A stretch of DNA of 9,920 nt from a virus (taxonomy: Duplodnaviria > Heunggongvirae > Uroviricota > Caudoviricetes), in IMG/VR virus record IMGVR_UViG_2671180283_000021. The stretch is one strand, 5' to 3'. The notes beneath the pieces are model-generated. The model ran no database searches. It saw only the letters and a program-made list of their open reading frames with translations, and was not told the DNA's origin. A program made the translations under genes and the position numbers. Of the stretch, positions 6,385 to 9,920 are shown in pieces (the stretch's first letter is position 1; each line of letters begins with the position of its first letter).

Positions 6385-7347
6385 TTACCCCCTGAAGCCC
6401 GGCGGAATTTCAGTGTCCGGTTCAGAAATGTGATTCACGCAACGCTGCGCAGGTGAACGCCCCAGGCGGATAACCAGTTCATCCCATTTTTCCCGGAGTT
6501 TTGCCGGACTCATGATGTTTTTTACCCAGAACGAATCCCGCTGGAGACGCCCAAACATTTCACAAATTTGTCTGTGAGTTCTGCCATCCAGCATCCGCAT
6601 TGTGCGAACGTCATTGGCCCATGCTGTCCAGTTGGGTTCTTTCGGTCTAGTGATCTCGCCATCATCGCTGGCCGCCTGCTCGTAAAGACTCACGATTCGT
6701 CCCCAGATCCACTGTGCGCACACCAAATCTTCCTGACTTCCCCACTGGCGTTTTTTCGCACTGAACACAACCGCGTCAGGGTGTCGGGTTAAAAAATCCT
6801 GTTCAGCCATCTGCGGGTCCGGTTGCGAAGCGTCCGGACAAGAAGATCTTTTATCTGACGGATCAGGTTTTAATACTGACGGATCGGGGTCAATCATCGC
6901 CCCCCTAATCGGCAGTTTTTTATCAACAGTTGATCCATCAAAATTTAACGGGTCAACCGTTGAGGGGTCAATATTTGACGGGTCAACTGTTAACGGGTCA
7001 TTTTTTGCCGGGCTAATTTTTCTTTTCGGTTTATATGACTCACGCGCCGCCGCCGCAGCTGCTTCGAGTTTTTCCACATTAAGCCGATAGATATTGCTTA
7101 CATTACGCCCACCGACCTTACGCTCTTCCTTCGTCAGCCAGCCCTCTTTCGCCAGTTCTGCAATAGCCGATTTCACTGTGGATTCACTTCTTGCACCGAT
7201 CTGACGCCGGATAGTTTCAATGGCAGGCCATGACACGCCCTCGTCATTGCTGTAGTCTGCAAGACGGGCCATAACCGCCACCCTGGATAAGATCATGCCG
7301 GTGAAGGCGCACCCTTCCCAGACAAGACCATGAAGCTTGCTGCTCAT
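6385..7347 (-). CDS. Phage replication initiation protein: N-terminal HTH (HTH_36-like), pentapeptide-repeat linker, C-terminal DnaT-like domain
   Basis: Preferred start is the ATG at 7347, preceded by GGGGG; the supplied ORF begins at a GTG at 7362. The N-terminus (VSWPAIETIRRQIGARSESTVKSAIAELAKEGWLTKEE) resembles the replication-initiator wHTH. The C-terminus (...VNHISEPDTEIPPGFRG) closely matches what I recall of the E. coli DnaT C-terminus (...SEPDSQIPPGFRG). Internal xxVDP repeats are encoded by the iterons. Confidence 0.7.
   Translation of the reverse strand: MSSKLHGLVWEGCAFTGMILSRVAVMARLADYSNDEGVSWPAIETIRRQIGARSESTVKSAIAELAKEGWLTKEERKVGGRNVSNIYRLNVEKLEAAAAAARESYKPKRKISPAKNDPLTVDPSNIDPSTVDPLNFDGSTVDKKLPIRGAMIDPDPSVLKPDPSDKRSSCPDASQPDPQMAEQDFLTRHPDAVVFSAKKRQWGSQEDLVCAQWIWGRIVSLYEQAASDDGEITRPKEPNWTAWANDVRTMRMLDGRTHRQICEMFGRLQRDSFWVKNIMSPAKLREKWDELVIRLGRSPAQRCVNHISEPDTEIPPGFRG
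6855..7040. repeat. Putative origin of replication inside the rep gene: direct repeats, four tandem 15-bp iterons and an AT-rich tract
   Basis: CTGACGGATC occurs twice (6855..6864 and 6876..6885). Four tandem 15-bp units run from 6947 to 7006 (AACGGGTCAACCGTT, GAGGGGTCAATATTT, GACGGGTCAACTGTT, AACGGGTCATTTTTT), with the core (C/G)GGGTCA at a 15-bp period. They are followed by an AT-rich stretch (TTTTTTGCCGGGCTAATTTTTCTTTTCGGTTTATAT). The layout resembles lambda ori within gene O. Confidence 0.6.
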
Positions 7348-7369
7348 AAAACCCCCGAACACCGTGCTT

Positions 7370-7795
7370 TTAGTGCATCACCACAGCATTCCCTGCCGGG
7401 CCGCCGCGATTCATCTGGTCATACAAAACAACCGCTGACGCAACAAAATCATCGACATCCTTCACCAGCCGATCCCTCCGTTCGACGATCTCACGGTAAT
7501 ATTCAGAACTGTGGCTGCGCATACGGGCCACCAGCAAAGGCGGCATCGCCTTTTCGATCGCCGGTAACAGAGCCTGCATTTTTTCAACAGCATCAGGGGT
7601 GTCTTTATCCAGCCAACGGAAAATTTTCTGGGTATTACGGGCCAGGGCTTCCGGATGGCTGTCGTCGTACAGTTCAGGGAACGTCATCCCCAGTTCGAAA
7701 TAAGTCCGGGCTATTTCAGCTGCAGGAACTTTCTCACCATCAGGGTATGCCCAGGCATTCATCGCCATGCGGATGTGCTCATGTTTGATTTTCAT
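7370..7795 (-). CDS. ydaT: YdaT-like protein (Rac prophage YdaT family; CII-like regulator, historically annotated as putative toxin)
   Basis: 141 aa with N-terminus MKIKHEHI, matching my recollection of E. coli K-12 YdaT. Lies immediately downstream of the YdaS-like gene, overlapping it by 17 nt. Confidence 0.75.
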   Translation of the reverse strand: MKIKHEHIRMAMNAWAYPDGEKVPAAEIARTYFELGMTFPELYDDSHPEALARNTQKIFRWLDKDTPDAVEKMQALLPAIEKAMPPLLVARMRSHSSEYYREIVERRDRLVKDVDDFVASAVVLYDQMNRGGPAGNAVVMH

Positions 7796-8102
7796 GAATC
7801 ATTTGCCTCTTGATGCTTCGGGTATGATCGTTTTCGTCATTTGGTTGCTTCATCGACATATTCTGCGAATAACATGACGAGCGTCGTAAGTATGTCCAAT
7901 CAACATCAGGACGAAGTTCTTCACACAGGACACCACCTTTTGTTGCTCGTTCAATCGCAGGACATCTCTCAGCAGGTAACTGACGTACACCTTTGATCCA
8001 TTGATTTACGCTTGGAGGAGATACACCTAAAAGCCTAGCCATTGCTGATTGCCCACCGACAACAGCACAAGCTCGTTTGAATGAATAGTTATCTTTTTTC
8101 AT
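7779..8102 (-). CDS. ydaS: YdaS-like Cro-type HTH regulator
   Basis: Sequence MKKDNYSFKRACAVVGGQSAMARLLGVSPPSVNQWIKGVRQLP is a Cro/CI-type HTH. Preferred start is the ATG at 8102, with GGAG 8 nt upstream; the supplied ORF starts at a GTG at 8123. Divergent from the repressor gene. Confidence 0.8.
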   Translation of the reverse strand: MKKDNYSFKRACAVVGGQSAMARLLGVSPPSVNQWIKGVRQLPAERCPAIERATKGGVLCEELRPDVDWTYLRRSSCYSQNMSMKQPNDENDHTRSIKRQMIHENQT

Positions 8103-8129
8103 CGAATGAACTCCAAAAAACACGCAACA

Positions 8130-8159
8130 ATATTAGGTTTAGCCTAATGAAATTGTCAA
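8130..8159 (-). promoter_or_regulatory. Putative sigma70 promoter for the ydaS-ydaT-rep operon (rightward-operator analog)
   Basis: On the minus strand: -35 TTGACA (reverse complement of 8154..8159), an 18-nt spacer, and -10 TAATAT (reverse complement of 8130..8135). Overlapped by the palindrome ATTAGG-N5-CCTAAT (8132..8148). Confidence 0.5.
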
Positions 8160-8172
8160 TAGGCTATGCCTA
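8132..8172. promoter_or_regulatory. Operator cluster between ydaS-like and repressor genes
   Basis: Perfect palindromes ATTAGG-TTTAG-CCTAAT (8132..8148) and TAGGC-TAT-GCCTA (8160..8172), with a further half-site TTGCCTAA at 8190..8197. Confidence 0.55.
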
Positions 8173-8226
8173 ATACATCGAGAGTAGGGATTGCCTAACG
8201 CGATGCGCATAGGAGACTATTAAGCA

Positions 8227-8703
8227 ATGCTTAGTGGTAAAGACTTAGGCCGAGCGATAGAGCAGGCCATTAACAAAAAAATTGCATCAGGAGCCGTCAA
8301 ATCAAAGGCGGAAATCGCACGTCATTTCAAAGTCCAACCACCATCAATCCATGACTGGATTAAGAAAGGTTCGATAAGTAAAGACAAACTTCCAGAACTA
8401 TGGCGTTTCTTTTCTGATGTGGTTGGTCCAGAGCATTGGGGGCTTAACGAATACCCCATACCAACCCCATCCACTTCAGATACAAAAAGTGAACTTTTAG
8501 ACATAAACAGCCTTTATCAAGCCGCCTCTGATGAAAAAAGAGCAATTGTGGCTTTCATCTTATCTGGAAATGCTACGGAGCCTAGTTGGGTTGATCATGA
8601 CGTTCGCGCCTACATTGCCGCAATGGAAATGAAGGTAGCTAACTATCTGAAAAATCAAGAATCAAAACGGAAAAGCCAGAACATCACCAAGACAGGAACT
8701 TAA
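8227..8703 (+). CDS. racR: RacR-like prophage repressor (XRE/CI-type HTH)
   Basis: 158 aa, with an HTH segment (SKAEIARHFKVQPPSIHDWIKKG). Divergent from the ydaS/ydaT-like genes, with operators on both flanks. Length and synteny match Rac prophage racR; the symbol is assigned by context, not by sequence identity. Confidence 0.7.
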   Translation: MLSGKDLGRAIEQAINKKIASGAVKSKAEIARHFKVQPPSIHDWIKKGSISKDKLPELWRFFSDVVGPEHWGLNEYPIPTPSTSDTKSELLDINSLYQAASDEKRAIVAFILSGNATEPSWVDHDVRAYIAAMEMKVANYLKNQESKRKSQNITKTGT

Positions 8704-8717
8704 ACTTATATGGTCCG

Positions 8718-8745
8718 ACGGGAAATTCCTAGTTCCCGTTAGTTA
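8718..8745 (+). terminator. Possible weak terminator after the repressor gene
   Basis: Hairpin ACGGGAA-N8-TTCCCGT (8718..8739) followed by a T-containing but poor tract (TAGTTAA). Confidence 0.3.
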
Positions 8746-8775
8746 ACTCCTACTACCTCTCCCACAAACCATCAC

Positions 8776-8840
8776 CTATTAGGTTGCGCCCAGATTATTA
8801 GGCATAGCCTATTGACAAGTAATTAGGCATTTCCTATAGT
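8776..8840 (+). promoter_or_regulatory. Operator/promoter module (leftward-operator analog) driving the rightward small-gene operon
   Basis: Palindrome TAGGC-ATA-GCCTA (8799..8811) lies immediately upstream of -35 TTGACA (8812..8817), followed by a 17-nt spacer and -10 TATAGT (8835..8840). Positions 8797..8818 are an exact inverted copy of 8153..8174 (TTGTCAATAGGCTATGCCTAAT). Extra half-sites ATTAGG at 8778..8783 and 8822..8827. Confidence 0.55.
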
Positions 8841-9021
8841 TTTCCCATACCAACCCATCCCGTCCCACACAATACAGGGCAATACCTCGAGTTACCAGGC
8901 AGTGGTCAGGGGTTAAGTAGCCAGCCCGAGGCGTAAGAACATGACGGCAGGGTTCAACTTTAATAACTATGCAGCAGGTTTTTGTTCCGCTACCCCGGCG
9001 TTAAGGGGAAATGAGGTCAGC

Positions 9022-9174
9022 ATGGATACTATCGAGCTTGGCAACAACGAATCTCTGGTATGCGGCGTGTTTCCCAACCAGGACGGCACGTTTACCGCGA
9101 TGACATATACCAGAAGCAAAACGTTTAAAACTGAAGCTGGCGCGCGTCGCTGGTTAACCAGAAACACTGACTGA
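9022..9174 (+). CDS. Small hypothetical protein (Rac-region YdaF/YdaG-like position)
   Basis: About 50 aa from the ATG at 9022, with GAGG 5 nt upstream (MDTIELGNNESLVCGVFPNQDGTFTAMTYTRSKTFKTEAGARRWL...). The supplied ORF offers an alternative ATG at 8941 (77 aa). Its stop overlaps the next ORF. Confidence 0.4.
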   Translation: MDTIELGNNESLVCGVFPNQDGTFTAMTYTRSKTFKTEAGARRWLTRNTD

Positions 9175-9185
9175 TGAGGTTGACG

Positions 9186-9506
9186 ATGGAATTTAAAGAT
9201 TTACCAGTACCATTCCAGGAAATGGCATCGAATGTGGTTCGCTCTCAACTGGCGACTCTTGACCTGAGTACCGTAGAAAAAGAAACCATCGACAATATAT
9301 CCGGTAACGTACGCCGAGCCTTTATCGGGCTGTACGAAGAGAAGCAGCTCTCTGATAACCAGGATTTACATGAAAAATACTTCCTGGATCTAATGGACAT
9401 CATTGATAAGGGGTTTGGCTTGTTAATGAAAAAGAAAGGGATTCGAATAGAACCCCTTGAAAATTACTTTGCAACAAAAAGCATTAATTCTTTTGATTCA
9501 AAATAA
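9186..9506 (+). CDS. Hypothetical protein (AT-rich accessory gene)
   Basis: 106 aa from the ATG at 9186, with GAGG 5 nt upstream; an alternative ATG at 9174 overlaps the previous stop. AT-rich codon usage. No recognisable motif. Confidence 0.45.
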   Translation: MEFKDLPVPFQEMASNVVRSQLATLDLSTVEKETIDNISGNVRRAFIGLYEEKQLSDNQDLHEKYFLDLMDIIDKGFGLLMKKKGIRIEPLENYFATKSINSFDSK

Positions 9507-9759
9507 GAGAATTAATTACAGACTTAACATGCTCTTTCTCATGATTGAAGCTCTCATGATTGAAAGTGCCGGGTTGAAGCGAGTCGATATAATCAACAAG
9601 ACTCTGTCGTACGACTTCATTTTTATCCATAACAGATGCAAGAAATGAAATTGCTAAAAGAGTTATATCACTACGCGCCGCAGCATGTTGCAATGCTTTA
9701 TCAAAATTATTAATCTGGCGTATCAGGGAGTTAATGATTTCATCATTTTCAGTCGACAT
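9484..9759 (-). CDS. Hypothetical protein, convergent with and 3'-overlapping the 9186..9506 gene
   Basis: About 91 aa from the ATG at 9759, preceded by a strong SD (AGGAGGG, 4-nt spacer). The supplied ORF extends to 9837 without an RBS. AT-rich. No family recognised. Confidence 0.45.
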   Translation of the reverse strand: MSTENDEIINSLIRQINNFDKALQHAAARSDITLLAISFLASVMDKNEVVRQSLVDYIDSLQPGTFNHESFNHEKEHVKSVINSLILNQKN

Positions 9760-9920
9760 TTCACCCTCCTGAGGGTTGGTGATTAAGGAGTTCTCCACGG
9801 GTGAGGTGGAGTGCGTGCGCCGGACACGGGTGAGCATCCGGCACTGACAGTTTACTGAAAGGATATTTCCCTGAAAAGTCAGACCATAACGCGAAAGCGC
9901 ACGGCGAGGTAGCTGGTTCA

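Noticed and set aside
6947-7006. Tandem 15-bp repeats considered as a CRISPR array or minisatellite
   Set aside because: The units are too short and contiguous, with no spacers, and they are in-frame coding sequence. They are better explained as replication iterons.
8322-8504. Minus-strand 60-aa ORF inside the repressor gene, plus other internal antisense ORFs (6568..6792, 7330..7788, 9457..9648, 8967..9167)
   Set aside because: Each is fully embedded antisense in a better-supported gene and lacks an RBS.
9809-9832. Hairpin considered as an intrinsic terminator
   Set aside because: No U-tract follows on either strand, and it sits in a 5' leader rather than after a gene.
1-9920. tRNA, rRNA or integrase/attachment site marking an island boundary
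   Set aside because: No tRNA-like T-arm or acceptor motifs and no integrase ORF were seen. The element's ends presumably lie outside this window.

Overview
This window reads as the early (immunity and replication) region of a Rac-like lambdoid prophage in an enterobacterial genome, carrying a cargo block and a flanking IS66-family insertion sequence. All assignments come from reading the sequence and the supplied ORF translations; no database search was run, so family names rest on recalled motifs and synteny. From left to right: (1) a complete IS66-family element (1..2532) with tnpA, tnpB and tnpC on the minus strand and imperfect terminal inverted repeats. (2) A short remnant and a minus-strand intrinsic terminator. 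(3) A type II restriction-modification operon, with a C5-cytosine methyltransferase followed 13 nt later by a putative PD-(D/E)xK endonuclease. (4) A QueH-like (DUF208) protein with an HSCCAPC motif. (5) A 141-aa winged-helix protein of unknown function. (6) A replication initiator with an N-terminal HTH, a C-terminal DnaT-like tail, and four tandem 15-bp iterons plus an AT-rich tract inside its own coding sequence. (7) A YdaT-like and YdaS-like (Cro-like) pair divergent from a 158-aa RacR-like repressor. (8) Two operator/promoter modules that flank the repressor gene as inverted copies of a 22-bp sequence (about 33 bp with a flanking GCCTAAT half-site), each pairing a TAGGC-N3-GCCTA palindrome with a consensus TTGACA -35. 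(9) An AT-rich right end with small ORFs, including a convergent pair whose 3' ends overlap. The most unusual content is the cargo block between the replication gene and IS66 (winged-helix protein, QueH-like, methyltransferase, endonuclease) and the replication protein architecture. No tRNA, rRNA or CRISPR array was seen.
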